Assembly: GCA_018824145.1 (NCBI GenBank)
Contig: JAHJHC010000090.1
Coordinates: 349 to 64,348, forward strand
DNA: 64,000 bases
Direction of reading: 5' to 3'
Source: Candidatus Omnitrophota bacterium
GTDB taxonomy: Bacteria > Omnitrophota > Gorgyraeia > Gorgyraeales > Gorgyraeaceae
Shown here: positions 27,137 to 36,186 of the stretch, in pieces
Numbering within the stretch: position 1 is the stretch's first letter
Layout: each line of letters begins with the position of its first letter
Made by a program: the position numbers and the translations under genes
Notes under the pieces: generated by a model
Seen by the model: the letters and a program-made list of their open reading frames with translations, nothing else
What the model was told of the DNA's origin: nothing
The model's database searches: none

Positions 27137-28249
27137 TTATCTTCTTTTTTTATTGATCGTCTTTAAAAAAATATCGACTATCTTCGGATCAAATTGCGTG
27201 CCTGCACCTTTTAAAAGTTCCTCCTTAGCCCTGCTGGTAGACAAGGCCTTTCTGTAAGGCCTGTCTGATACCATTGATTCATACGCATCGACAACCGAAA
27301 GTATCCTCGCGCCTAAAGGTATCATCTCCTTCTTCAATCTACCGGGGTATCCTTTACCATCACATCTCTCATGATGGCGCAAAATAATAGGCGCCAATTC
27401 GCTTAAAAACCCGATCTGCTCTACAATGCCAGAGCCCAAAATAGGATGCATGACCATTATTTTCCACTCATTATAGTTTAACCTTGACGGCTTACGAAGC
27501 AGGCCGACATCTATCCCTATCTTTCCTATGTCATGCAAGAGACTCGCATACCTCAAAACCTCTCTATCGTGTTCTCCGAGCTTAAGCCTTGATGCAACAT
27601 CCATGCAGTGTGCCATAACGCGCTCTGAATGACCATATGTCTGGCTATCTTTAGCATCTATAATATTCGAAAGCGTCTTGATAGTATTCAAATAACCCAA
27701 GTTAGCCTGTTCGTACAGCTTGGCATTCTCAATGGCAATAGCTGCCTGACTTGCAAACATCGATAATAGCCTAACATCTTCATCCGTGTATTTAAAAGGC
27801 TCTCTATTATATATACTTAAGACACCGATGATCTTAGCTCTCTGCACGAGCGGCACTGTGACTAAAGAACGCAGTCCTTTTTGTTTCGCCAGATAAGGAT
27901 ATTTATAGTACCTTTCCTTGGGCAGATCATTGATTATATACGGCTTCCCGTCTCTAACAACGCGGCCAGCAATACTTTCCCCGACCTTCAGGCTTTTCTT
28001 CCTCTTATAGGAACGGTCACCAAACCCGGAGGCACATTTCAATATCAACTCTTCTCCTTTTTCGTCTAAAAGCCGCAAAGAGCAACTAGATGCACCCATG
28101 ATCTTCTCTGCTTTTCGTGTTATAAGTTTTAAGACTTCGTCTAAATGGAGAGTAGAGGTGATGGATTTTCCAACCTCGTACAAGGCAGAAAGTTGTTTTA
28201 TTTTCTTTTCGAGATCTTTTTTAAGCGTTTTTTTCTCTTTGCTCGACAT
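27137..28249 (-). CDS. GAF + HD-GYP domain protein (putative cyclic dinucleotide phosphodiesterase)
   Basis: GAF region; HSERV, HDIGK, HHERCDGKGYP, DRPYR. Confidence 0.92.
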   Translation of the reverse strand: MSSKEKKTLKKDLEKKIKQLSALYEVGKSITSTLHLDEVLKLITRKAEKIMGASSCSLRLLDEKGEELILKCASGFGDRSYKRKKSLKVGESIAGRVVRDGKPYIINDLPKERYYKYPYLAKQKGLRSLVTVPLVQRAKIIGVLSIYNREPFKYTDEDVRLLSMFASQAAIAIENAKLYEQANLGYLNTIKTLSNIIDAKDSQTYGHSERVMAHCMDVASRLKLGEHDREVLRYASLLHDIGKIGIDVGLLRKPSRLNYNEWKIMVMHPILGSGIVEQIGFLSELAPIILRHHERCDGKGYPGRLKKEMIPLGARILSVVDAYESMVSDRPYRKALSTSRAKEELLKGAGTQFDPKIVDIFLKTINKKRR

Positions 28250-28584
28250 AGTCTAACTCTTGGTGCATCACTCCAGAGACCTTCCAAATTATAAAATCTT
28301 CTCAAATCATTATGAAATATATGCACCACCACATCATAGCCATCAATAAGTATCCATCTTGCCTCTTGATAGCCTTCGATATTAGAAATCGGCTCTTTTA
28401 CTTCCAGCAATCCTTTTTGTATGTTATCAGTAATTGCTTGCGCCCGCCGTGTAGATCCTGCGCTTAGCAAAACGAAAAAATCAGTGATATTGGAAAGCTT
28501 TCTCATATCCAATATTACTATATCTTCTGCTTTCTTTGTTCTTGCAATGTCTGCTACATGCAGCGCCTTCTGTCTCGATATCAC
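28198..28584 (-). CDS. rsfS: ribosome silencing factor RsfS
   Basis: KKAEDI, TDFFV, WILID, VVHIF, RRFYNLEGLW. Confidence 0.93.
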   Translation of the reverse strand: MISRQKALHVADIARTKKAEDIVILDMRKLSNITDFFVLLSAGSTRRAQAITDNIQKGLLEVKEPISNIEGYQEARWILIDGYDVVVHIFHNDLRRFYNLEGLWSDAPRVRLCRAKRKKRLKKISKRK

Positions 28585-28591
28585 TTCTTAT

Positions 28592-28660
28592 TAGTAGATA
28601 GTAGACAATAGACAGTTAAAAATGCAAGGTGCCTCACAAAATCACTGACTACTGTCTACT
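28592..28660. repeat. inverted heptamer array (TAGTAGA-like / ACTGTCT-like)
   Basis: tagtaga tagtaga caataga cagt ... actgact actgtct act. Confidence 0.6.
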
Positions 28661-28682
28661 TAACGTATGTTAATACGACTAA

Positions 28683-28829
28683 TTACTTTTTGCCAAGGAT
28701 GCAAAACATACTTGTGCCGCATGAAGGACATTTACCTTTTGCTGCCTTTCTTCCGTTCTTCATGGTTATTTCTTTTGAATCTTGAATATCTTTCTTAGCC
28801 TTACATTTCACGCAATAACCTTGAGCCAT
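28683..28829 (-). CDS. 48-aa basic zinc-ribbon protein (DUF5679-like), absent from the ORF track
   Basis: MAQGYCVKCKAKKDIQDSKEITMKNGRKAAKGKCPSCGTSMFCILGKK; AAGGAGGTG RBS. Confidence 0.88.
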   Translation of the reverse strand: MAQGYCVKCKAKKDIQDSKEITMKNGRKAAKGKCPSCGTSMFCILGKK

Positions 28830-28875
28830 CAAACACCTCCTTAAGATATATAGCTCTAAACAACTCTTTTTTTAA

Positions 28876-28936
28876 GATCCTTCTCCGCCTGCGGCGAATC
28901 AGGATCAGAAGAAATCTGCTATCAGATTTCTTCTGA
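28876..28936. repeat. two adjoining hairpins (REP-like)
   Basis: GATCCT..CGCC-TGC-GGCG..AGGATC and TCAGAAGAAATCTG-CTAT-CAGATTTCTTCTGA. Confidence 0.65.
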
Positions 28937-28974
28937 CTTTAACATAATATCGGTAAGTTGTCAAATAAATTTCA

Positions 28975-29562
28975 CTAAAAACGGTACAACCCATACTGTT
29001 CTATATATTTATTTACTGATTCGGGGACTAGCCTGGATATTGACTGATGGGATTTTATTCTATTCCTTATATCAGTAGATGATATATCTTTGGCCCTTAT
29101 ACTTAAAAGGATAAAACAATGGTCTCTTATAAAAGAAGGGGCGTTTTTGATTTTGAAAGCCGGTCTCTTAACGACTACGAATTTGCAAAGTCTCATAATC
29201 TCTGTGATGTTTTTCCATTGGTCCAGGTCATTTAGAGAATCAGAGCCTGTTATGAAAAATATCTCTGTGGAAGGGGGATATCTTTCCTTTAGCTGACGCA
29301 GCGTCTCTATAGAATAAGACCTGCCTTTTCTTTTTATCTCAATATCCGAAGCTGCAAACTTTCTGTTATCTGCAATGCCGAGTCTGACCATGTTATATCT
29401 ATGTCTTGGTGCCGTGATTCCGACATTTTTCTTGTGAGGTGGTATATTGGTGGGTATAAAAATTATTTTGTTGAGGGATAATTTATCCAGGACCCTTACT
29501 GCAAGATATAAATGGCCTTGATGGATGGGATCAAAAGTCCCTCCTAATATACCTATACGCAT
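28975..29562 (-). CDS. nadD: nicotinate-nucleotide adenylyltransferase
   Basis: GGTFDPIHQGH, PPHK, ISSTDIR. Confidence 0.96.
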   Translation of the reverse strand: MRIGILGGTFDPIHQGHLYLAVRVLDKLSLNKIIFIPTNIPPHKKNVGITAPRHRYNMVRLGIADNRKFAASDIEIKRKGRSYSIETLRQLKERYPPSTEIFFITGSDSLNDLDQWKNITEIMRLCKFVVVKRPAFKIKNAPSFIRDHCFILLSIRAKDISSTDIRNRIKSHQSISRLVPESVNKYIEQYGLYRF

Positions 29563-29574
29563 TCGCTACCTTTT

Positions 29575-30948
29575 TTATAAAGAGTGTATTGCCCTATCGT
29601 GCACTGCCTCGGATACTTCCTGAACTACCTCAGACAAGGTAGGATGGGCATGTATTACGCTGGCCAGATTTTCAGAGGTTATACCAAACTGTATGCATGG
29701 TGAAAATTCAGCTATTAATTCTGTTGCATGAGCCCCTATTATCTGTGAGCCTAAAATCTTATCAGTATCATTATCTACTACCAATTTTATAAACCCCTCT
29801 GTCTCGCCTATAACATGCGCCTTTCCGATCGCAGAAAACAAAAATTTTCTAGCCCGCATGTTAATACCTTTCTCTTTTGCACTTTTTTCGGTCAGCCCTA
29901 CACTTGCTATCTCAGGATACGTAAAGATACAATTCGGCACAACACTGTAATCCAAACTCTCTTCTTTCCCGGACATGGTTTCTACGCACACCATACCTTC
30001 TCTGGAAGCCACATGAGCCAATAAAATACCGCCTTTTACGTCTCCTGCGGCATATATATTATTAATATTAGTCCTGAAATGTTTATCTACTTTTATCCAT
30101 CCCCTGTCGCATTCTAAAGAGATGTTCTCAATGCCTAAGCCTTTGGAATTAGGGGATCTCCCAACGCATATAAGAGTCTTCTCCCCGGATAAAGTCTCAC
30201 CATTGGAAAGGACTGCTTTAATACCACCAGCATCCTTTTCTATTCTTTCTACTTTTGTACCTGTAAATATATCTATACCTCTTTTTCTAAAGACCTGCTC
30301 TAATTTCCTGGCTATCTCTCCATCCTCATTCGGCAATAACTGACTCATCATCTCCACGATAGTAATCTTTGAACCGAATGTCCTGAATATCGAGGCAAAT
30401 TCACAGCCGATAACGCCACCGCCCACTATAATTATACTCTTTGGTATAGCCTGTAATTTCAGCATATCAGTGCTCGATAATATGTGCGTACTGTCAAAGG
30501 CCATCCCGGGTATCTCAAATGGAACCGAACCTGTAGCAATCAGTATATTCTTAGCCTCGACCTCTGTAGTACCCGCTACAATATGGGTATTATCTTTTAT
30601 CTGGGCATTTTCTTTAATTATCTCTATCTTCCTTGCCTTCATAAGCATTTCTATGCCGGAGGTCAGTTTTTTAACAATCTTATCTTTTCTCTCGCACACC
30701 TTTGAAAAATCCAACTCGTAATCTTTTACATTCACCCCAACTTCATTCGCCCGCTCTATATTATATAGAGCCATACTACTGACTGAAAGCGCCTTTGTAG
30801 GTATACATCCCCAATTCAAGCACACCCCGCCTATTCTTTCTCTCTCAAAGACAGAGACCTTTAACCCTAATTGCGCAGCCCTTATAGCAGCCACATAACC
30901 GCAAGGCCCGGAACCGATTATAGCAACATCATATCTATTCATTGTCAT
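29575..30948 (-). CDS. lpdA: dihydrolipoamide dehydrogenase
   Basis: GGVCLNWGCIPTK, GGGVIG, HAHPTLSE. Confidence 0.96.
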   Translation of the reverse strand: MTMNRYDVAIIGSGPCGYVAAIRAAQLGLKVSVFERERIGGVCLNWGCIPTKALSVSSMALYNIERANEVGVNVKDYELDFSKVCERKDKIVKKLTSGIEMLMKARKIEIIKENAQIKDNTHIVAGTTEVEAKNILIATGSVPFEIPGMAFDSTHILSSTDMLKLQAIPKSIIIVGGGVIGCEFASIFRTFGSKITIVEMMSQLLPNEDGEIARKLEQVFRKRGIDIFTGTKVERIEKDAGGIKAVLSNGETLSGEKTLICVGRSPNSKGLGIENISLECDRGWIKVDKHFRTNINNIYAAGDVKGGILLAHVASREGMVCVETMSGKEESLDYSVVPNCIFTYPEIASVGLTEKSAKEKGINMRARKFLFSAIGKAHVIGETEGFIKLVVDNDTDKILGSQIIGAHATELIAEFSPCIQFGITSENLASVIHAHPTLSEVVQEVSEAVHDRAIHSL

Positions 30949-30978
30949 ACCACCATTTTTGTAATATTTTTAACATGT

Positions 30979-31278
30979 GTTACACTCTAGCACCCAGGTC
31001 AGCAGGTTTTGCTCTGTTTTTCCGCTCGCTCGTCTTTTTGCCAGAGGGCTAAGGCTGCCTGGCACATCAGGAAGATTTTGGCAAAAGTCCGCAAGGATTT
31101 ACGGCGAGCTTCGATCATGTATCCAGGCGCTAGCGTATCACAGAAGCGAGCCGTAAACCGTAGCGGACGGCAAAATCATTCCAGTGCCAGGCAGCCTTAG
31201 CCCTCTGGCAAAAAGACACCATGCCCGCTCGCGGAAAAGAAGCCCCAAAACCTGCTGACCTGGGTGCTAGAGTGTAAC
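30979..31278. mobile_element. 300-nt near-perfect fold-back element (MITE/REPIN-like)
   Basis: perfect 33-bp outer IR (30979-31011 / 31246-31278), perfect 34-bp inner IR (31032-31065 / 31184-31217), and further nested stems. Confidence 0.75.
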
Positions 31279-31302
31279 GTAACCTTTCAAATATTACATA
31301 AC

Positions 31303-32187
31303 TCACAACTTTTTTATGGATTCACGAATTTGTCGGGCAGATTTTGCAAATGCCTGTTTCTCTTCATCTGTGAGTTCTATTTCAACGATCTCCCTGACTC
31401 CGGAAGAATCCAATGTCACAGGAACCCCCATGTAAATATCGTTCTGGCCATATTCTCCCTGAAGATATACCGAGGCGCAAACTGTCTTTTTCTCATTTTT
31501 TATAATGCATTTGAGCATGTAAAAAACTGCTGCTGACGGTGCGAAATATGCGCTGCCGGTCTTTAAATGCGAGGTAATCTCTGCGCCGCGGTTTTTGGCA
31601 CGGTCTGAAGATTCTTTGAAAATAGTTTCTGATAGGTCTCCTGCTCTATTGATGGCAACCATTGTATCTCCGTGGCTTCCCATCATAAATATTTTATCGC
31701 CGGTTATATTGCCTGCCTTTTCAGAGGCTATATTTATAAATCTAGCTGAATCCAGCACCCCTGCCATACCGATAACCCGTCGGGGCTCGAATCCAGTCTT
31801 TTTCATTACTAAATAGCTCATTACGTCAAGGGGATTAGTAACCACGGTTACTATGGATAAGGGGCACTGCTTGCGTACATGTTCTGATATGTCTCCAAGG
31901 ATCTCTGCGTTTTTTTTCAAAAGGTCATCCCGCGACATACCCGGTTTCCTCGCCAGCCCTGCAGTGATAACCACAATATCAGCACCCTGAATATCCTTAA
32001 AATTATCCGTACCTACAATTTTCACGTTAGAGTTAAGTATAGGCCTTGCATCAGAAATATCCAGGGCCTTTCCTTTTGCCAGGCCAGGAATAATATCCAT
32101 CAAGACAACATCACTAAGGCTAGCATCCACAAGTCTCGACGCTACCATGGAACCGACATTACCGGCACCGATTATTGCAATTTTCAT
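31303..32187 (-). CDS. mdh: malate dehydrogenase (LDH-like)
   Basis: [32 protein letters not shown]. Confidence 0.93.
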   Translation of the reverse strand: MKIAIIGAGNVGSMVASRLVDASLSDVVLMDIIPGLAKGKALDISDARPILNSNVKIVGTDNFKDIQGADIVVITAGLARKPGMSRDDLLKKNAEILGDISEHVRKQCPLSIVTVVTNPLDVMSYLVMKKTGFEPRRVIGMAGVLDSARFINIASEKAGNITGDKIFMMGSHGDTMVAINRAGDLSETIFKESSDRAKNRGAEITSHLKTGSAYFAPSAAVFYMLKCIIKNEKKTVCASVYLQGEYGQNDIYMGVPVTLDSSGVREIVEIELTDEEKQAFAKSARQIRESIKKL

Positions 32188-33263
32188 AATTTTGCTATTA
32201 TCGCATCTGCCATTTGGCTTGTTCCTACAGCACCAGGGTCATTACGATCTGGTTTTAAATCATAGGTGACATCCTTACCTTCTCGTATGACCTCACTAAC
32301 TGCCTTTTCTAATCTTGAAGCAGCGTCGTTTTCATTCAAATGTCGCAACATAAGCACACCCGAGAGTATCATTGCCGTAGGATTGACCTTGTTCAACCCT
32401 GCATATTTCGGGGCACTACCATGGATCGCCTCGAATAACGCCGAGTCTTCGCCGATATTAGCTCCAGGAGCTATCCCTAGCCCCCCAGCTAATCCTGCAC
32501 ATAAATCAGATAAAATATCTCCATATAAATTAGGGAGCACTAAGACATCGTATAGCTCGGGCTTTTGAACAAGCTGCATACACATATTATCGACTATCCT
32601 GTCTTCAAACTCGACCTTACCCGTATATTCCTCAGACACTTCTCTTGCAACCTTAAGGAATAAACCATCCGTTTCTTTCATGATATTTGCCTTGTGGACA
32701 CAGGTCACTTTCCTTCTTTTATTTTTTACAGCATAGTCAAATGCAAACTTAACTATCCTTCTCGAAGCGCTAATAGATATAGGTTTTATGCTTATAGCGG
32801 AATCTTCTTTTATTGAAGAACCGTTTAACTTCTTTATATATCCGATAAGCTCTTTTGTCTGGCTAAGCCCTTCTTTGAATTCTATCCCTGCGTACAAATC
32901 TTCCGTATTCTCTCTCACTACGACTAAGTCGATCTGATTATATCTACTCCTCACGCCTTTATATAATTTGCACGGTCTCAAACAAGCGTATAAATCCAAG
33001 GACATCCTCAATTGGACATTAACTGACCTGAAGCCTTTACCGACGGGTGTAATTATCGGTCCTTTTATAGCGACTTTATTCTTCCTTATAGAGTCCAGTA
33101 CCTCCTCTGGAAGAACAGAGCCAAATTTTGCTATAGCTTCTTCACCTGCTATTTTTTCCTCCCATTCAATAGCTACACCAGTAGCATCAATACATCGTTT
33201 TGCTGCAAGGCTGACCTCCTTGCCTATACCATCACCCGGAATCAATGTCACTTTGTGCGCCAA
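32184..33263 (-). CDS. icd: isocitrate dehydrogenase (isocitrate/isopropylmalate DH family)
   Basis: [14 protein letters not shown] (isocitrate-type S-x-N), [28 protein letters not shown]. Confidence 0.85.
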   Translation of the reverse strand: MAHKVTLIPGDGIGKEVSLAAKRCIDATGVAIEWEEKIAGEEAIAKFGSVLPEEVLDSIRKNKVAIKGPIITPVGKGFRSVNVQLRMSLDLYACLRPCKLYKGVRSRYNQIDLVVVRENTEDLYAGIEFKEGLSQTKELIGYIKKLNGSSIKEDSAISIKPISISASRRIVKFAFDYAVKNKRRKVTCVHKANIMKETDGLFLKVAREVSEEYTGKVEFEDRIVDNMCMQLVQKPELYDVLVLPNLYGDILSDLCAGLAGGLGIAPGANIGEDSALFEAIHGSAPKYAGLNKVNPTAMILSGVLMLRHLNENDAASRLEKAVSEVIREGKDVTYDLKPDRNDPGAVGTSQMADAIIAKL

Positions 33264-33289
33264 TTTAAAACCTCCGTATATTTTGCAAT

Positions 33290-33787
33290 TTAAGTAATCT
33301 TCAAGCCTTCGTATTTTTTATAAAAATTAACTATACCGCCTTCTTCAATCAATGCCTTTTGGAATTTATTAAAAGGTTTTATGCTTAACGAATATCCCTT
33401 TATCGAGCTGGAAACCTCTCCCTTTTTCAAATCGACTTCTATTTCGTCTCCATCTTTTATTATATCTGTGGCGCACTCTATAAGCGGCAACCCCAGATTG
33501 AACGCATTCCTGTAAAATATCCTTGCGAAACTCTCAGCCAAAACTGCCTGCGCACCGGCATATTTAATCGAAAGAGGCGCCTGTTCACGAGACGAACCGC
33601 ATCCAAAATTCTTTCCAGCGACTATAAAAAAAGGACTGCCTTGTATTCTCTTGTAAAAATCCGGTTCGATATCTTCAAATACATGCTTGGCAAGTTCATT
33701 AGGATCAGTGATGCTGAACTTGTACCTGCCGGAGATAATAAGGTCTGTATTTACGTCATCGCCGAATTTATAAACAATACCTTTCAT
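33290..33787 (-). CDS. leuD: LeuD/HacB-type hydro-lyase small subunit
   Basis: [26 protein letters not shown]. Confidence 0.85.
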   Translation of the reverse strand: MKGIVYKFGDDVNTDLIISGRYKFSITDPNELAKHVFEDIEPDFYKRIQGSPFFIVAGKNFGCGSSREQAPLSIKYAGAQAVLAESFARIFYRNAFNLGLPLIECATDIIKDGDEIEVDLKKGEVSSSIKGYSLSIKPFNKFQKALIEEGGIVNFYKKYEGLKIT

Positions 33788-34836
33788 TACATACTCCTCA
33801 ATTCTTCCGGGCTCTTAACATATGTCTTATATGTCTGTTGGCTTATCATGCCTTTATTAAAGAGTGTCTTCAAAGACTTATCCATTGTATGCATTCCATA
33901 TTGTGCACCTGTCTGAATAAGTGTCAAAAGCTGCTCTGTCTCATGTTCCCGTATAAGATTTCTTATCGCTGACGTTGCGATCATTACCTCTGTGGCAAGG
34001 ACCCTGCCGCCCCTGTCTGCTCTCGGCAAAAGTTGCTGGGAAACAACTCCCTGCAACGTACCTGCCAGCTGAATCTTGACCTGCTGCTGTTGATAAGGAG
34101 GAAAGACGTCTATTATCCTATCGACTGTCTGGGAGGCATCAGGAGTATGGACTGTTGCCATTACCAGATGCCCGGTCTCTGCTGCTGTCAAGACAGTAGA
34201 AATAGTCTCCAAGTCCCTCATTTCGCCGACGACTATAACGTTTGGATCCTGCCTTAAGGCATGGACTAACGCACTAGCAAATGATTTTGTATCTGAATAA
34301 ACCTCTCTTTGCTTTATAATACTGCATTTATTAGTATGTACATATTCTATCGGGTCCTCTACCACGACGATTATCGCCTGCCGTTCATTATTTATACGAT
34401 TCACCATTGCTGAAAGGGTAGTAGTCTTGCCAACCCCAGTAGGCCCCGTGACAAGAATCAGACCTTGTGTCCTTTTACAAAGGTCTGCAACTACTACAGG
34501 CAGACCAAGTTCTTCAGTAGTTTTTATGTTTAACGAAACCATCCTGAATGCAGCCTCAACACTTCCTCTTTGCATATGCACATTTACTCTAACCCTATTT
34601 ACACCGGATATCTCAACAGAAAAATCAAGCTCCAACTCTCTTTCAAAAGTAGCCTTCTGTTTATCGTTTAATACGCTATATACTAAACGTTTACAATCTT
34701 CTCTATTTAATTTCGGGAACATTGATAATGGAATAAGACGGCCGTCTATCCTAACGATAGGCACTGAATCTGTAGTAATATGAAGATCCGAAGCCTTTTT
34801 TTCTGCGGCGACTTTCAAAATACTCTTGATATCCAT
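33787..34836 (-). CDS. pilT: type IV pilus retraction ATPase PilT
   Basis: ASDLHI, GPTGVGKTT, EDPIE, GEMRD, AETGHL, AIRNLIRE signature. Confidence 0.94.
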   Translation of the reverse strand: MDIKSILKVAAEKKASDLHITTDSVPIVRIDGRLIPLSMFPKLNREDCKRLVYSVLNDKQKATFERELELDFSVEISGVNRVRVNVHMQRGSVEAAFRMVSLNIKTTEELGLPVVVADLCKRTQGLILVTGPTGVGKTTTLSAMVNRINNERQAIIVVVEDPIEYVHTNKCSIIKQREVYSDTKSFASALVHALRQDPNVIVVGEMRDLETISTVLTAAETGHLVMATVHTPDASQTVDRIIDVFPPYQQQQVKIQLAGTLQGVVSQQLLPRADRGGRVLATEVMIATSAIRNLIREHETEQLLTLIQTGAQYGMHTMDKSLKTLFNKGMISQQTYKTYVKSPEELRSM

Positions 34837-34863
34837 ATATCCCTCCGGATAACCATCATGTAA

Positions 34864-36183
34864 TCATACTAAGTACTTCCTCGGATCAGTGATCTTTCCT
34901 TCTATACTAGAGGCTGCGACTGTTGCAGGAGAGGCAAGATATATAAATGCCTCGGGATTACCCATCCTGCCTTTAAAATTTCTATTCGCTGTGGATATTA
35001 CGTTCTCGCCTTTTGAAGGGACACCGTCATGAGTACCCACACAAGGCCCGCATCCAGGGGAAACAACAACCGCACCAGCTCTGACAAACTCCGAAATATA
35101 ACCTTTCCTGATTGCCTCTTCAAAGATATATTTAGATGCAGGAGCTATTATCATTTTTACATTCCTGTGAATGCGTCTATTTTTCAAGATAGAGACTGCT
35201 ATCCTCAAATCCTCTAATCGGCCGTTTGTACATGTGCCGATAAAGGCCTCATCTACCCTTACATTTTTCAAGTCACGGATAGGTGAGACATTATCAACGG
35301 TATGAGGCCTTGCAACCTGAGGAGTCATCTTACTTACATCATACTCCAGGATCTCTGAATATTTTGCATCCTTATCGCTCTTCAACTCTGATTCTCCCAC
35401 CTTCCACCCATGCCCCGTACCCGAACTAAGTGAGTGGTTCGGGGTAACACCCCTCACCTTATACCCTACACCTTTAAGGTATTTATAAGTCGTCTCATCC
35501 GGTTCTATGATGCCTGATTTTGCTCCCATCTCAATAGCCATATTAGTGATGGTAAACCTGGCATCCATGCTTAGACGCTTGATATAATCCCCTGAAAACT
35601 CAACTGCCTTGTATGTACAGTAATCCGCTCCCAAATCACCGATGATATAAAGAATAACATCCTTTGAATAAACACCCTTCTTGGGCCTATTTTTTAGAAT
35701 AATTTTAACTGTCTCAGGGATCTTGAACCAGTTTTTACCGGAGGCCAATGCCACTGCCAGATCAGTCGACCCCATACCTGTAGAAAAGGCACCCAAGGCA
35801 CCATATGTGCAGGTATGAGAATCAGCCCCTATAACTAAATCTCCAGGGGCTATAATTCCGGTTTCGGGTATTACCTGATGGCATACACCGCACCCGATAT
35901 CGAATAACCGGACATTATTCTCTTTTGCGAAAAGGCGCATCTTCTTATGAACCTCTGAAACGCCAATATTCGGGCTAGGGGCGCTGTGGTCAATAACCAT
36001 GCAAAATTTATTCTTATTGAAGACCTTCTTAGCCCCCAGTTTTTTGAACGCATCTATGATAAGGGTACTTGTGCCATCCTGGCCAAAACAAAAATCTATA
36101 TTACAGACTGCTACTTCACCCGATGTCAAATCCTTATTACAATGTGCGCTGAAAATTTTCTCTGTGATGGTCTTGCCTGACAT
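34864..36183 (-). CDS. leuC: LeuC/HacA-type hydro-lyase large subunit (aconitase family)
   Basis: GADSHT, GTCTNGR, CGPCVG, STANRNFKGRMG. Confidence 0.88.
   Translation of the reverse strand: MSGKTITEKIFSAHCNKDLTSGEVAVCNIDFCFGQDGTSTLIIDAFKKLGAKKVFNKNKFCMVIDHSAPSPNIGVSEVHKKMRLFAKENNVRLFDIGCGVCHQVIPETGIIAPGDLVIGADSHTCTYGALGAFSTGMGSTDLAVALASGKNWFKIPETVKIILKNRPKKGVYSKDVILYIIGDLGADYCTYKAVEFSGDYIKRLSMDARFTITNMAIEMGAKSGIIEPDETTYKYLKGVGYKVRGVTPNHSLSSGTGHGWKVGESELKSDKDAKYSEILEYDVSKMTPQVARPHTVDNVSPIRDLKNVRVDEAFIGTCTNGRLEDLRIAVSILKNRRIHRNVKMIIAPASKYIFEEAIRKGYISEFVRAGAVVVSPGCGPCVGTHDGVPSKGENVISTANRNFKGRMGNPEAFIYLASPATVAASSIEGKITDPRKYLV
35395..35472. repeat. heptamer array plus hairpin inserted in frame within leuC
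   Basis: (nnnnACC)n array interrupted by GCCCCGTACC...GGTTCGGGG. Confidence 0.78.
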
Positions 36184-36186
36184 GAT

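Noticed and set aside
31009-31200. 63-aa ORF inside the 300-nt fold-back
   Set aside because: TTG start, no RBS, no motif; most likely a by-product of GC-rich palindromic sequence
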